From an uncultured Iamiaceae bacterium (GTDB taxonomy: Bacteria > Actinomycetota > Acidimicrobiia > Acidimicrobiales > Iamiaceae): 61,239 bases of DNA. The notes below the pieces were generated by a model. It made no database searches. It was given only the letters and a program-made list of their open reading frames with translations, and was not told the DNA's origin. Position numbers and translations under genes: made by a program. Below are positions 24,232-34,030 of the stretch, piece after piece. Numbering within the stretch: the stretch's first letter is position 1; each line of letters starts with the position of its first letter. The stretch covers positions 1-61,239 of the forward strand of contig CAZUYW010000001.1 of NCBI GenBank assembly GCA_964624775.1. The letters are read 5' to 3'.

Positions 24232-24783
24232 ATGTCGAAGCAAGCCCTGGTGGACCACCTGCTCGCCCACGCCGTGCGGCGTGGCGACTTCGTCCTGAAG
24301 TCCGGCAAGCCCACCACGTGGTTCATCGATGCCAAGCAGACCACCTGCTCGCCCGACGGCATGCTGCTCGTGGCCGAGGCCGCGCTCGCCGCCCTGCCCG
24401 ACGACATCACCGCCATCGGCGGCCTCACCATGGGGGCCGACGCCATGGCCTTCGGCGTGGCGGCGATCGCGGCCACGCGCGGCCGGCAGCTGCGCGCCTT
24501 CAGCGTGCGCAAGGAGGTCAAGGACCACGGCGGCGGCGGTCGCATCGCGGGCGCCCTGGAGCCGGGGGACCGGGTCGCCATCACCGAGGACGCCGTCACG
24601 CGGGGCGTGTCCATGCTGGAGGCGGCCGAGGTCGTGCGCGAGGCGGGGGCCGAGCCGGTGCTCCTGCTGCCGCTCGTGGACCGTGGCGGGACGGTCACGG
24701 CGATGGCCGCGGAGGTTGGCCTGCCCGTCGTCGCGCTGGTGACGGCTCCTGACCTGGGCTTTCCCTTCGAGGGTGGCGCCTGA
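24232..24783 (+). CDS. pyrE: Orotate phosphoribosyltransferase
   Basis: GDFVLKSGK, GGLTMGAD, VRKEVKDHG, PRPP motif ITEDAVTRG. Confidence 0.9.
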   Translation: MSKQALVDHLLAHAVRRGDFVLKSGKPTTWFIDAKQTTCSPDGMLLVAEAALAALPDDITAIGGLTMGADAMAFGVAAIAATRGRQLRAFSVRKEVKDHGGGGRIAGALEPGDRVAITEDAVTRGVSMLEAAEVVREAGAEPVLLLPLVDRGGTVTAMAAEVGLPVVALVTAPDLGFPFEGGA

Positions 24784-24886
24784 CGCGCGAATTCGCCCGG
24801 TGTTCCGTCATAGCGGCCGCGGTGCACCGTCCTAGGAGCAGGCCCGCTCGCTGCGGTGGGCCTTCCCCACACGAAGGACAAGGCAC

Positions 24887-25108
24887 ATGAGCACCGACCT
24901 CGACCTGACCGAACCGGATGCCCTGCTCACCCCTGGTGAGGTCGCGCTGCTGTTCCGGGTGACCCCCAAGACCGTCACCCGCTGGGCCGAGGCCGGCAAG
25001 CTGGCCGCGGTCCGCACCCTGGGCGGGCACCGGCGCTTCCGCGTGCGCGACGTCCTCCAGGTGAAGGCCCAGCTCGACCAGGCGGCGAGGCAGCACGCCC
25101 ATCGGTGA
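24887..25108 (+). CDS. bldC: BldC-family MerR-like DNA-binding protein
   Basis: LLTPGEVALLFRVTPKTVTRWAEAGKL..RTLGGHRRF, closely resembling Streptomyces BldC. Confidence 0.85.
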   Translation: MSTDLDLTEPDALLTPGEVALLFRVTPKTVTRWAEAGKLAAVRTLGGHRRFRVRDVLQVKAQLDQAARQHAHR

Positions 25109-25171
25109 GCAGGGCTGGGGGGGTCCGATGTGGTTGGGGGTGGTTCGGACCCCGCGGCTAGCGTCGCGGCG

Positions 25172-26602
25172 ATGGTTTCTTCCACTGCCGCCTTCTCCGT
25201 GACCATTCGGGTCCGGCTCGACAACACGCCGGGCACGCTCGGCCGACTCGCGGCGGCCATCGGGGCGGTAGGGGGCAACATCGTGGCGCTCGAGGGCTTC
25301 GAGGCCCGTGACGAGTACCTGGACGAGGACCTGATCGTCAACTGCTCGTCGGAGGCGCACATCGTCGAGGTGTGCGACGCGCTGCGCGACCTCGACGGCC
25401 TCGAGGTGCTCTCGGTCAGCGACCGCACCTTCGACATGCACGCCGGCGGCAAGATCGAGGTCCTGGCCCGCATGCCGGTCGCCGACCGCGACGACCTCTC
25501 GATGGCCTACACGCCCGGTGTGGCGCGCGTGTGCACCGAGATCGAGCAGCACCCCGAGCGGGTGCACGAGCTCACGATCAAGAAAAACACGGTCGCGATC
25601 GTCACCGACGGCACCGCGGTGCTCGGCCTCGGCGACATCGGGCCCGAGGCGGCGCTGCCCGTCATGGAGGGCAAGGCCCTCCTGTTCAAGAACTTCGCCG
25701 GGGTCGACGGCTTCCCGATCTGCATCGATGCGGGTGGACCGGACACCCTGCTCCAGGAGCGCATCGACACGATCGTGGAGACGGTCGCCCGCATCGCTCC
25801 CGTGTTCGGGGGCATCAACCTCGAGGACATCGCCGCCCCGGCCTGCTTCGAGATCGAGGACCGCCTGAGCGCCATGCTCGACATCCCGATCTTCCACGAC
25901 GACCAGCACGGCACGGCCGTGGTGGTGTTGGCGGCCCTGGAGAACTCGCTCAAGATCGTCGGCAAGGCCATGGGCGACCTGCGCGTGGTGATCGCCGGTG
26001 CCGGCGCCGCCGGCGTGGCCATCGCCAAGATCCTGATGAACGCCGGCGTGTCGAACATCGTCGCCACGGACCGCCAGGGTGCCATCCACCGCGGCCGCAC
26101 CGATCTCAACGACGTCAAGGCCCGCTTCGCCGAGATCACCAACCCCGAGCAGCTTTCGGGCACGCTCGGCGAGGTCCTGCCCGGTGCCGACGTCTTCATC
26201 GGCGTCAGCGCCCCGGATCTCATCGGCCCCGATGATCTCCGCAAGATGGCCACCGATCCGATCGTGTTCGCCATGTCGAACCCGAACCCCGAGATCCGAC
26301 CCGAGCTGGCCAAGGACCTCGTCGCGGTGATGGCCACCGGCCGCAGCGACTACCCGAACCAGATCAACAACGTGCTCGCGTTCCCCGGCATCTTCCGCGG
26401 TGCCCTCGATGCCGGCGCCACCGACATCACCGAGCACATGAAGGTCGCGGCCGCGACCGCCATCGCCCAAGCGGTGTCGCCCGAGGAGCTCCGCCCCGGG
26501 TTCATCATCCCCTCGGTGTTCGACACGCGCGTCGCCGAGCTCGTCGCCACCGCGGTGGCCGAGGCGGCAGTGGTCGACGGCGTCATCCGGGGCCAGCACT
26601 GA
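25172..26602 (+). CDS. NAD(P)-dependent malic enzyme with N-terminal ACT domain
   Basis: N-terminal DNTPGTLG ACT-like segment; AYTPGVA, VMEGK, HDDQHGT, GAGAAG, NQINN. Confidence 0.93.
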   Translation: MVSSTAAFSVTIRVRLDNTPGTLGRLAAAIGAVGGNIVALEGFEARDEYLDEDLIVNCSSEAHIVEVCDALRDLDGLEVLSVSDRTFDMHAGGKIEVLARMPVADRDDLSMAYTPGVARVCTEIEQHPERVHELTIKKNTVAIVTDGTAVLGLGDIGPEAALPVMEGKALLFKNFAGVDGFPICIDAGGPDTLLQERIDTIVETVARIAPVFGGINLEDIAAPACFEIEDRLSAMLDIPIFHDDQHGTAVVVLAALENSLKIVGKAMGDLRVVIAGAGAAGVAIAKILMNAGVSNIVATDRQGAIHRGRTDLNDVKARFAEITNPEQLSGTLGEVLPGADVFIGVSAPDLIGPDDLRKMATDPIVFAMSNPNPEIRPELAKDLVAVMATGRSDYPNQINNVLAFPGIFRGALDAGATDITEHMKVAAATAIAQAVSPEELRPGFIIPSVFDTRVAELVATAVAEAAVVDGVIRGQH

Positions 26603-26613
26603 TCGGTGCGACC

Positions 26614-27357
26614 GTGCCGCCCCTGCAGGCGGTGACGTTCGACTTCTGGAACACGCTGATCCGGGCGGGCGACGCCGGGAAGGTGGAGCTGCGCCTCGTG
26701 GTGTTCGGCGACGTGCTCGCCGGCGCCGGGTTCGACGTGGCACCCGATGCCATCGCCGACGCGATGGCGGCGGCGGTCGGGCGCTTCGACGAGCGGTGGA
26801 AGGCCAACCAGCACTACGACGCCGCCGCGGCGGTCACCGACATGGTGGCGCGGCTCGGGTTGCCGGTCGACGACGCGACGCGTGGCGGGCTGATCGCCGC
26901 GATCGAGGATCCCGATCCCTCGCTCGTGCCGCGGCCGGCACCCAACGTCGGCGACGCGCTGGAGGCGCTCCGGTCGGCCGGCGTGCGGATCGGGATCGTC
27001 TGCGACGTCGGGCTCACGCCCTCGGCCACCCTGCGGCGCTACCTGGAGCGCAACGGCCTGCTCGGGTACTTCGACCACTGGTCCTTCAGCGACGAGGTCG
27101 GCGCCTACAAGCCCGATCCGATGATCTTCGACCACGCGCTCGCCGGGCTCGGCGGCGTCACGCCCGGCAGGGCCGCCCACGTGGGCGACCTCCGGCGCAC
27201 CGACATCGGGGGTGCCCGGGCGCGCGGCCTGTTCACGGTCCGCTACACAGGCATCGCCGACGACCCCGGGGACCCCGCCGATGGCACCGACCGGGTCGAG
27301 GGCGACGCCGTCGTCGCCGACCACGCCGACCTGGCTGCCACCCTGGGACTGGCGTGA
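26614..27357 (+). CDS. HAD-superfamily hydrolase
   Basis: FDFWNTL, KPDP, HVGD...DI. Confidence 0.88.
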   Translation: MPPLQAVTFDFWNTLIRAGDAGKVELRLVVFGDVLAGAGFDVAPDAIADAMAAAVGRFDERWKANQHYDAAAAVTDMVARLGLPVDDATRGGLIAAIEDPDPSLVPRPAPNVGDALEALRSAGVRIGIVCDVGLTPSATLRRYLERNGLLGYFDHWSFSDEVGAYKPDPMIFDHALAGLGGVTPGRAAHVGDLRRTDIGGARARGLFTVRYTGIADDPGDPADGTDRVEGDAVVADHADLAATLGLA

Positions 27358-28007
27358 ACGGGCGCGAGCAGCTCCTCGATGCCGCCGAGGCGCTGTTCGC
27401 CGAGCGCGGGATCGATGGCGTGAGCCTCCGCGAGATCAACGCCGCCGCGGGCTCCCGCAACGCGAGCGGGGTCCAGTACCACTTCGGTGACCGAGCCGGG
27501 CTCGTGCGGGCCGTCGTGGCCCGACGCCGCCCCGACGTGGAAGCGCGGCGGCACCGACTCCTGGACGCCTGCGACGCGGCGACGCCCGATCTGCGCGCCC
27601 TGGCCGACGCGCTGGTCCGCCCGTGGGCGGCCTGCCTCGGCGAGCCCGGCGGGCCCGGCTACCTCCAGGTGCTGGCGGACCTGCTGAACCGGCCCCGCCC
27701 GGCGATCGATCCCGCGTCGCTCGACGACCCCTCCGACAGCCTCTTCCGCTGGCGCGCCGCGGTGGCGCCGTGCCTCAGCGACGAGGCCGTGGTGCTGCAC
27801 CGGCGGTTCGTGGCCATCCGCTTCACCGTGACCGAGCTGGCCCGGCGGGCCCGGCGCCGCCTCGACAGCGCCGACGGTGCGCCCGTGACGAGCGACGAGC
27901 TGTTCGTGCGCGACCTGGTCGACCTGGTCGCCGGCCTCCTCGCCGCGCCCGTGTCGGCCGAGACGGGCGACCTGGCCCGTGCCCGCCGCACCGAGCGGGG
28001 GTCCTGA
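27354..28007 (+). CDS. TetR/AcrR-family transcriptional regulator
   Basis: GTG overlaps HAD stop; LLDAAEALFAERGIDGVSLREI...VQYHFGDR HTH. Confidence 0.9.
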   Translation: MNGREQLLDAAEALFAERGIDGVSLREINAAAGSRNASGVQYHFGDRAGLVRAVVARRRPDVEARRHRLLDACDAATPDLRALADALVRPWAACLGEPGGPGYLQVLADLLNRPRPAIDPASLDDPSDSLFRWRAAVAPCLSDEAVVLHRRFVAIRFTVTELARRARRRLDSADGAPVTSDELFVRDLVDLVAGLLAAPVSAETGDLARARRTERGS

Positions 28008-28010
28008 GGA

Positions 28011-28667
28011 TCAGGGCCCGTCGAGCGCGGCCAGCACCTCGGCGTAGAGCGTCGTGCGGATCGTGGCCATGACGGGTGAGGCCTTCGGGGCCAGCTGGGC
28101 CGCGGCGTCGATCGCGGTGGCGAGCACCCCGTCCTCGGGGACGGCGTGCTGCACGATGCCGGCCGCGCCCGCGTCGGCCCCGCCGTAGCGCCGACCGGTG
28201 ACCATCGCCTCGTGCGCGGCGGCGATCGGGAGGCGGGATCGGATGAGCTCGTTCATGCCCGGCGTGAACGGGAGACCGAGGTCGACCTCGGGCAGGCACC
28301 AGTAGCCGCGGTCGGCGCGCATCACCCGTGCGTCGTGCGCGAGCGAGAGCATCGCGCCCGCGGCGTAGGTGTGGCCGTTGCAGGCGGCCACGGTGGGACA
28401 GGGGAGCCGCAGGACCCGGGCGAACAGGCCGTGCACGCGTGCGAGGTAGGCGCCCGACTCGCCCTGGTTGGCCATCAGCCAGTCGAGGTCCAGGCCGTTC
28501 GAGAAGAACTTCCCGGTCCCGGTGGTGACCAGCGCGCACGGACCCTCGGTGGTGGCCACCTCGTCGAGCGCGGCCTCCAGCGCGTCGAGCATGGCCGGGC
28601 TGAACCGGTTCTCGCCCTGGTCCATGCGGAGCACGTGGACCGAACCGTCGCGGGTGTGGTGGAGCAT
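28011..28667 (-). CDS. Enoyl-CoA hydratase/isomerase (crotonase) family protein
   Basis: GKFFSNGLDL, NGHTYAAG, LPEVDLG. Confidence 0.9.
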   Translation of the reverse strand: MLHHTRDGSVHVLRMDQGENRFSPAMLDALEAALDEVATTEGPCALVTTGTGKFFSNGLDLDWLMANQGESGAYLARVHGLFARVLRLPCPTVAACNGHTYAAGAMLSLAHDARVMRADRGYWCLPEVDLGLPFTPGMNELIRSRLPIAAAHEAMVTGRRYGGADAGAAGIVQHAVPEDGVLATAIDAAAQLAPKASPVMATIRTTLYAEVLAALDGP

Positions 28668-28761
28668 CGGGCCAGTCTGGCCGCCGGCCCCCGCCCGCGC
28701 GTCCCATCTCGCCCAGATCGGACGGGTAGCGTGCGGCCGTCGGTCCACGCAGCCAAGGGGG

Positions 28762-29475
28762 ATGTCGGTGCAGGTTCGAGGCAGGCGGATCATGGCGGTC
28801 GGTGCGCTCCTGGCGCTGGCGACGGTGACGACCGCGTGCGGTGGGGGCAGCGACGACACCAAGGAGGTGGCCGGCCCGCCCGCGGCGTGCGTGAAGCCAC
28901 CGCTCACCATGCAGGTCCAAGGGTCGGGATCCCAGCCTGCCGGGAGCGATCAGCTGAAGGTGACCGACGCCGTCGCCCGGCGGGTCGCGCTCCTGCCCAA
29001 GGCGCCGAACGCCACCCCTGCGGACCTGGCCAAGGCCAAGGAGCAGGCCGCAACCACCTCGCTCGCCTACTACACGATGTACCTGGCGGACTTCCCGATC
29101 ACCCGATCGACCCTGAAGGAGCCCGGCAGCGGCGACCTGGCGATCCCCAAGGGCAAGACGCTCGGCACCGTGACCTTCGTCCCGGTGAAGAAGCGGGGCT
29201 TCCGGCAGGGCGACGTCGCCCGATCTGTACCCCTCGAGTACGAGATGACGTCGACCATCACCCCGCTGATGGCGCTCGTGCGGGAGGGGCCCGATGAGGC
29301 GCCGCAGTCGTTCAACGACGCCAAGGGCAAGGTCACCATCCGGTACCTCACCAAGACTCAGATCTGCACCGCCATCGACCTGCAGCTCCTGAACGGGGAG
29401 AAGGTCGTCTACGAGGTGCGCGGGACCGTGCTCGCGCCGATCGTGCGCGCCGATCCGTCCTACTTCTTCACCTGA
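28762..29475 (+). CDS. Hypothetical lipoprotein
   Basis: Lipobox-type signal ALATVTTAC-GGG; no recognisable domain. Confidence 0.7.
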   Translation: MSVQVRGRRIMAVGALLALATVTTACGGGSDDTKEVAGPPAACVKPPLTMQVQGSGSQPAGSDQLKVTDAVARRVALLPKAPNATPADLAKAKEQAATTSLAYYTMYLADFPITRSTLKEPGSGDLAIPKGKTLGTVTFVPVKKRGFRQGDVARSVPLEYEMTSTITPLMALVREGPDEAPQSFNDAKGKVTIRYLTKTQICTAIDLQLLNGEKVVYEVRGTVLAPIVRADPSYFFT

Positions 29476-29509
29476 GCCGGGGTCCCGAGGGCGCCTAGGG
29501 TGCGCGGCC

Positions 29510-31732
29510 ATGGAACCGACCTCGTCTGCCGAACCCGCCGACCCCACGCCGTTCGCGCTCGCCGCGGCGCGCGTCGCCGAGGGTGCCGACGCCCACGTCG
29601 AGGCGGTCGCGGTCGTCGCGGCCATGACGCTCGACGAGCGACGGTGGTGCCTCGACGGTGACCAGCCCTTCTGGGGCGGCATCGCCGACATCTCGACGGG
29701 CGGCTACCACCGACGACCGTTCCCGGCGGCTCGCGTCGAGCGCGTGGGCATGCCTGGCTTCACCTTCTCGGACGGACCCCGGGGCGCCGTGATCGGCCCG
29801 GCGACGTGCTTCCCGGTGAGCATGGCGCGCGGGGCGACCTGGGACCTCGACCTCGAGGAACGCATCGGCGAGGCGATCGGCCAGGAGATCCGGGCCGTCG
29901 GCGCGACGCTCTACGGCGGGGTGTGCGTGAACGTGCTGCGCCACCCGGCGTGGGGCCGGGCCCAGGAGACCTACGGCGAGGACCCCTTCCACGTGGGCGA
30001 GCTCGGGGCCGCGCTCACCCGCGGCGTGCAGCGGTCGGCGATGGCGTGCGTCAAGCACTTCGCCTGCAACTCGATGGAGAACGCCCGCTTCAGCGTCGAC
30101 GTGACGGTGGACGAGGTCGCGCTGCACGAGGTGTACCTGCCGCACTTCCGGCGGATCGTCGAGGAGGGCGTGGCCTCGGTGATGAGCGCCTACAACGCGG
30201 TCAACGGCGAGTGGGCCGGGCAGAGCCGTCCGCTGCTGACCGATGTGCTCCGGGGCGAGTGGGGGTTCGACGGCTTCGTCATCTCCGACTGGATCTTCGG
30301 CCTCCGCGACGCGGGCCCGTCGGTGGCGGCCGGGCTCGACGTCGAGATGCCGTACCGGATGATCCGCGCCCACGGACTCGACGACGCCCTCGCCGCTGGC
30401 GAGACCGACCAGGGGCAGATCGACGCGGCGGTCACCCGGCTCGTCGCCACGCTGCTGCGGTTCCACCGGATGCTCAGCCGGCCGGCCCCGCCGCTCGACG
30501 TGCTGGCCTGCCCCGAGCACCGGGCCCTCGCCCGGGAGGCCGCGGCCGCGTCGATGGTCCTGCTGCGCAACGAGGCGGTCGACGGCGAGCCGGTGCTGCC
30601 GCTCGATCCCGGCTCCGTGGGTCGCGTCGCCCTCCTCGGGCGGCTCGCGGCCGTGCGCAACCTGGGCGACGGCGGGTCGAGCGATGTCTGGGCGCCAGAG
30701 GCCGTCACCGCGCTCGACGGCCTGGTCGCCGCACTGGGTGCCGACCGGGTCGTGCACGACGACGGTGCCGATCCGACCGCGGCCGCCGCGATCGGTGCCG
30801 GTGCGGACGTGGCGATCGTCGTCGTCGGCTACACGAAGGCCGACGAGGGCGAGTTCATCGGCGGCACGGGCAGCCCCGAGCTGACCGCCCTGATGCCCGA
30901 GGCCGACGACCCGGACCTCGCGGCAGCCTTCGCCCACGAGCTCGAGGCGTCCCCCAACCCCTGCGGATCGGTGCCGCCGCCTGGCGGCGAACCGGTCGGC
31001 TTCTCGGCGGGCGGGGATCGCCGCTCGCTGCGCCTGCACCCCGACGACGAGGCGCTGATCGCGGCGGTGGCCGCGGCCAACCCGCGCACGGTGGTCGGGA
31101 TCGTGGCCGGGAGCGCGGTGGTGGTCGAGCCGTGGATCGAGGCCGTGCCGGCGGTCGTCCAGGCCTGGTACTCGGGCATGGAGGGAGGGCACGCGCTCGC
31201 CGATCTCGTGCTCGGGCGCACCGAGCCCACCGGCCGGCTGCCCTTCACCGTGCCCACCGACGAGGCCCACCTGCCCGACTTCGATCCCGACGCGACGGAG
31301 GCCACCTACGACGCGTGGCACGGCTACCGGATGCTCGCCCGCGACCACCGCAACGCCCGCTTCCCGTTCGGCTTCGGCCTGTCGTACACGTCGCTGGCGA
31401 TCGAGGAGGTGTCGTGCCGCCAGGAAGGTGCCGATCTCATCGTGACGGCGCGCGTGGCCAACGAGGGGACGCGCCCGGGCGTGGAGGTCGTGCAGGCGTA
31501 CGGCGGCGCCGATGGCGAGGTGCCCCGGCTGGTCGGCTTCGCCCGGGTCGAGGTCGAGCCCGGTGCTCGGGAGCTGGCCCGGGTGATCGTGCCGCTGTCG
31601 GTGTTCGACCGCCGCGACCCCGACGGGGGTGGGTGGCGGCGCGCGCCCGGTCCGTATGCCCTGCGGGTGGGGCGCGACGCGGAGGACCTGGCCGCCCACC
31701 GGCTCACCGTCGAGGTCGCCCTCAGCGCGTGA
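29510..31732 (+). CDS. Glycoside hydrolase family 3 (beta-glucosidase-like) with Fn3-like C-terminus
   Basis: SDGPRG, WGRAQETYGEDP, VKHFA, nucleophile VISDW, FPFGFGLSYT. Confidence 0.93.
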   Translation: MEPTSSAEPADPTPFALAAARVAEGADAHVEAVAVVAAMTLDERRWCLDGDQPFWGGIADISTGGYHRRPFPAARVERVGMPGFTFSDGPRGAVIGPATCFPVSMARGATWDLDLEERIGEAIGQEIRAVGATLYGGVCVNVLRHPAWGRAQETYGEDPFHVGELGAALTRGVQRSAMACVKHFACNSMENARFSVDVTVDEVALHEVYLPHFRRIVEEGVASVMSAYNAVNGEWAGQSRPLLTDVLRGEWGFDGFVISDWIFGLRDAGPSVAAGLDVEMPYRMIRAHGLDDALAAGETDQGQIDAAVTRLVATLLRFHRMLSRPAPPLDVLACPEHRALAREAAAASMVLLRNEAVDGEPVLPLDPGSVGRVALLGRLAAVRNLGDGGSSDVWAPEAVTALDGLVAALGADRVVHDDGADPTAAAAIGAGADVAIVVVGYTKADEGEFIGGTGSPELTALMPEADDPDLAAAFAHELEASPNPCGSVPPPGGEPVGFSAGGDRRSLRLHPDDEALIAAVAAANPRTVVGIVAGSAVVVEPWIEAVPAVVQAWYSGMEGGHALADLVLGRTEPTGRLPFTVPTDEAHLPDFDPDATEATYDAWHGYRMLARDHRNARFPFGFGLSYTSLAIEEVSCRQEGADLIVTARVANEGTRPGVEVVQAYGGADGEVPRLVGFARVEVEPGARELARVIVPLSVFDRRDPDGGGWRRAPGPYALRVGRDAEDLAAHRLTVEVALSA

Positions 31733-32780
31733 GCGGGGTCACCCGGGCCGAGTAGACGGGCAGGTCGAGCATCGTGCACACCCCGGGCTCCGCGGCCACC
31801 ACGTGGGGGATCGCGTTGACGACGTGCATCGCGGTGGCGAGGCAGCCGGCGTGGTTGTGGTCGCCCCGGTCCGAGGTGAGCGACAGCTCGAGCGCCACGT
31901 TGGGCTCGCCACCGATGAGGATTCGGTAGCCGTGGCCCTGGGGCCAGTCGGGGGCGTCCTCGTCGCGCAGGCGGGTCACGTGTTCCACGATGATCCGCTC
32001 CTCGCCGGCCGCCACGCCCACGATCTCGAACCGCATGCCCGAGATGGTGCCCGCGGGGATCGGGCCCGACGCGATTGCGAAGTCCTCGTCGGCCCGGATG
32101 ACCTCGTGGCGCTCGATGATCTCGTCGAGCTCGAGGCCGATCGCGGCGGCGACCAGCTCGATCACCGGGCCCCACGCCAGCGCGGTCGAGCCGGGGGAGA
32201 GCAGGAGCGACTCGCTCGGCTCGTGCTTCGAGAAGCCCATGATCTCGAACATGGTGAACGCGTTGTCCCACGTCGCGTAGTTGACGATCTCCATCATGCG
32301 GACCGTGTGGACCTCCTTGCAGAGGGCCAGGGCGTGGACCGTGATGCCGGCGTTGCCGAAGCCCGGGTCGATGCCCGAGCAGTAGAAGGTGGAGCCACCC
32401 TCGAGGCACGCGGCTTGGAGGCGGTCGTAGACCCCGTCGCCCGCCGCCTTCGGGAAGAGCAGCGGCACGAACGAGGTGTCGACCACGTTCTTGCCCGACG
32501 CCAGCATCTGGCAGAGGTCATCGATCACGCCGTCGGGGCGGATGTCGGAGCTGGCCGTGTAGCAGATGCACTCGGCGTCGAGGGTGAGGAGGGCGTCGGC
32601 GTCCTGGGTGGCGATCACGCCCAGCGGCTCGACCCCGCACAGCTCACCCGCGTCGCGCCCGGCCTTGGTGTCGCTGTGCACCCACAGCCCGGCGAGCTCG
32701 AGGTCGGGGTGGGCGGCGATGGCCGGCACCGCATGGATGCCCACGGTCCCGGTCGCCCACTGGATCACCTTGATCGGCAT
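31722..32780 (-). CDS. NAD(P)-dependent oxidoreductase, DapB-like / 2,4-diaminopentanoate dehydrogenase fold
   Basis: VIQWATGTVG, KAGRDAGELCG, GKNVV, SGIDPGF, NAIPHVVAAEPG. Confidence 0.82.
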   Translation of the reverse strand: MPIKVIQWATGTVGIHAVPAIAAHPDLELAGLWVHSDTKAGRDAGELCGVEPLGVIATQDADALLTLDAECICYTASSDIRPDGVIDDLCQMLASGKNVVDTSFVPLLFPKAAGDGVYDRLQAACLEGGSTFYCSGIDPGFGNAGITVHALALCKEVHTVRMMEIVNYATWDNAFTMFEIMGFSKHEPSESLLLSPGSTALAWGPVIELVAAAIGLELDEIIERHEVIRADEDFAIASGPIPAGTISGMRFEIVGVAAGEERIIVEHVTRLRDEDAPDWPQGHGYRILIGGEPNVALELSLTSDRGDHNHAGCLATAMHVVNAIPHVVAAEPGVCTMLDLPVYSARVTPLTR

Positions 32781-32840
32781 GTTCGTCCCCCTCGGTCGAC
32801 GTGAGATGCTGACCGTACTCGTCACCGAGAGGGGAACCAG

Positions 32841-33719
32841 ATGGATGTCGGCCTGTTCGTGCCGCTGGGCAACGGGAACGCCAACGCCGAGGTCGTGCGG
32901 GCGGTCGGCCGTGAGGCCGAGGACCGCGGCTTCGAGTCGATCTGGGTGCCCGAGCACGTCGTGCTGTTCGACGACTACGCGTCGTCCTACCCCTACTCGC
33001 CGGACGGCAAGTTCCCGGGCGGGGTCGACTCCGGCCTGCTCGAACCGCTCACCGCGCTGACCTACCTCGCCGCGGTCACCGACCGCATCCGCCTCGGCAC
33101 CGGCATCTGCCTGGTGGCCCAGCGCAACCCCGTGTACACGGCCAAGCAGGTCACCGACCTGGACAACCTGTCGGGCGGCCGCGTCGAGTTCGGCGTGGGG
33201 ATGGGCTGGCTGCGCGAGGAGTTCGAGGCCGTCGCCATGCCGTTCGAGCACCGCGGCCGACGGGGCGACGAGCACATCGCCGTCATGAAGGCGCTGTGGA
33301 CCGAGGGGACCTCCGAGTTCCACGGCGAGTTCTACGACCTTGCCCCCTGTGGGATGTTCCCGAAGCCGGTGCAGACCCCGCACCCGCCGATCCACGTCGG
33401 CGGCGAGTCCGATGCGGCCATGCGCCGGGTCGCCCGGACCGCCCAGGGATGGTTCTCGTTCAACCGGCTGCCCGAGGACCTGCCCGAGCCCCTCGGCCGC
33501 CTCGACGCTGCACTCGCGGCGGAGGGCCGCAGCCGGAGCGATGTGGTGCTCTCCGTGTCGCCCTACTTCAACGCGGTCACGCCGGCGATGGTCGAGGCCT
33601 ACGCCGCCCAGGGCGTCGACCGCCTGATCGTGCTGTGCCTCGCGTTCGACGTGGACACGCTGCGCAGCCAGCTCGACGGCCTCGTGACCGAGGTGCTGGA
33701 GCCGGCGCAGGCCTGCTGA
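32841..33719 (+). CDS. LLM-class F420-dependent oxidoreductase
   Basis: GFESIWVPEHVV, RIRLGTG, DNLSGGR, GWLREEF, PKPVQ. Confidence 0.9.
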   Translation: MDVGLFVPLGNGNANAEVVRAVGREAEDRGFESIWVPEHVVLFDDYASSYPYSPDGKFPGGVDSGLLEPLTALTYLAAVTDRIRLGTGICLVAQRNPVYTAKQVTDLDNLSGGRVEFGVGMGWLREEFEAVAMPFEHRGRRGDEHIAVMKALWTEGTSEFHGEFYDLAPCGMFPKPVQTPHPPIHVGGESDAAMRRVARTAQGWFSFNRLPEDLPEPLGRLDAALAAEGRSRSDVVLSVSPYFNAVTPAMVEAYAAQGVDRLIVLCLAFDVDTLRSQLDGLVTEVLEPAQAC

Positions 33720-33732
33720 GCCGCTGGCCGGT

Positions 33733-34002
33733 TCAGGCCAGCTTCACGAACATCTTCTGGACGTCCTCGAGGGCGTAGCCCTCGGCGGCCGACTGCTCCG
33801 GGTTCTCGACGCACCAGGTGAGGCCGGCGGCGACCAGCGCGAACCCGGTGCGCTCGAGGGCCTTGTTGGCCGCCGAGAGCTGGGTGACGATCTCGCGGCA
33901 GTCGCGGCCCTCGGCGAGCATCCCCTGGATGCCGCGCACCTGTCCCTCGATCTTGCGGAGGCGGAGGGTGAGGTCGGCGATGGTCTCGTCGGGCAGGTCC
34001 AT
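33733..34002 (-). CDS. CsoR/RcnR-family repressor (Cys/Cys, His absent; CstR-like)
   Basis: RLRKIEGQVRGIQGM..GRDC.EIVTQLSAA...GLTWC. Confidence 0.9.
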   Translation of the reverse strand: MDLPDETIADLTLRLRKIEGQVRGIQGMLAEGRDCREIVTQLSAANKALERTGFALVAAGLTWCVENPEQSAAEGYALEDVQKMFVKLA

Positions 34003-34030
34003 GGGGGTCTCCTCTCGACCACCAGCCAGG

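Noticed and set aside
31722-32780. Native amine dehydrogenase assignment
   Set aside because: Fold family fits, but no Glu follows the GKNVV strand (reads DTSFVP), so the activity cannot be supported
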